This document shows, in pieces, positions 1 to 399 of a stretch of 399 nt of DNA. The notes beneath the pieces were generated by a model that was not told where the DNA came from, did not search any database, and saw only the letters and a list, made by a program, of their open reading frames with translations. The stretch comes from a phage, in sequence record MK163344.1; one strand, 5' to 3'. The number at the start of each line of letters is the position of its first letter. Position 1 is the stretch's first letter. Made by a program: the position numbers and the translations under genes.

Positions 1-2
1 TT

Positions 3-398
3 GATGGTCTGCTGACCGCTGACGTGATGATTTTCGACATCGAAGACGCTATGAACCACTACGATGTGGCTGGCGAGTATTCCAACCAGTTGGGCGAGGC
101 TCTGGCTATCGCTGCTGATGGCGCGGTACTGGCTGAGATGGCGATTCTGTGTAACCTCCCGGCTGCATCCGACGAGAATATCGCTGGTCTGGGCAAGGCG
201 TCCGTGCTGGAAGTTGGCACCAAAGCTGACCTGAACACTCCAGCTAAACTTGGCGAAGCAATCATCGGTCAACTGACCATTGCTCGTGCGAAGCTGACTT
301 CCAACTACGTACCTGCTGGCGACCGTTACTTCTACACCACGCCTGACAACTACTCTGCGATTCTGGCTGCTCTAATGCCCAACGCCGCCAACTACGCG
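3..398 (+). CDS. Major capsid protein, T7 gp10A-like (HK97-fold phage capsid protein); internal fragment, truncated at both ends by the window
   Basis: Seen in sequence: frame 3 is open across the whole window (132 codons, no stop), while frames 1 and 2 hit TGA stops within the first 15 nt. Codon choice is strongly biased (Ala GCT 16 of 26; Leu CTG 11 of 15; Asn AAC 8 of 9; Tyr TAC 6 of 7), typical of a real, highly expressed gene. Established knowledge (from recall): the translation aligns colinearly with the T7 gp10A stretch '...DGLLTADVLIYDIEDAMNHYDV...GESLAMAADGAVLAEIAGLCN...NYVPAADRVFY...SYSAILAALMPNAANYA', with near-identical blocks at both ends of the window. No start or stop codon of the gene lies in the window, so the true gene boundaries are outside it. 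Confidence 0.93.
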
Positions 399-399
399 A

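Noticed and set aside
59-265. Minus-strand ORF of 68 aa (MIASPSLAGVFRSALVPTSSTDALPRPAIFSSDAAGRLHRIAISASTAPSAAIARASPNWLEYSPATS) from the six-frame track
   Set aside because: It lies wholly antisense to the strongly supported capsid CDS and has a low-complexity Ala/Ser/Pro-rich composition typical of shadow ORFs opposite GCT/GCG-rich coding sequence. I recognise no known protein family in it, and no ribosome-binding site is evident upstream of its start. It is most likely a chance open frame rather than an overlapping antisense gene.
1-399. Possible programmed -1 frameshift site like the one that produces T7 gp10B
   Set aside because: In T7 the frameshift occurs at the very 3' end of gene 10A. 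This window corresponds to an internal part of the protein (roughly residues 100-230 of a 345-aa capsid protein, by recall), so the frameshift region would lie downstream of the window. No slippery heptamer with a downstream structure is apparent here.
1-399. Phage promoter, terminator, CRISPR repeat or other non-coding element
   Set aside because: I found no match to the T7-type promoter consensus (TAATACGACTCACTATAG) on either strand, no GC-rich hairpin followed by a T-run, and no direct or inverted repeats of note. The entire window is explained by continuous coding sequence.
1-399. A novel or previously undescribed biological system in the window
   Set aside because: The window is fully accounted for by a fragment of a well-characterised phage structural gene. 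There is no unexplained intergenic space, no unusual domain and no accessory ORF. Claiming novelty would not be supported by the sequence.

Overview
The whole window is an internal fragment of a single + strand protein-coding gene, read in frame 3 (first full codon at nt 3, last at nt 396-398), with 132 sense codons and no stop. The gene continues beyond both window edges. The translation (DGLLTADVMIFDIEDAMNHYDVAGEYSNQLGEALAIAADGAVLAEMAILCNLPAASDENIAGLGKASVLEVGTKADLNTPAKLGEAIIGQLTIARAKLTSNYVPAGDRYFYTTPDNYSAILAALMPNAANYA) is recognisably a homolog of the T7-type major capsid protein (T7 gene 10, gp10A), so the window most likely comes from a T7-like podophage (Autographiviridae-type) genome. 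The comparison to T7 is from memory, not a database search. I see no RNA genes, CRISPR repeats, mobile-element ends, promoters or terminators. I also see no evidence of a novel or undescribed system: this is an ordinary, well-known structural gene, with a moderately divergent central segment as the only point of note.
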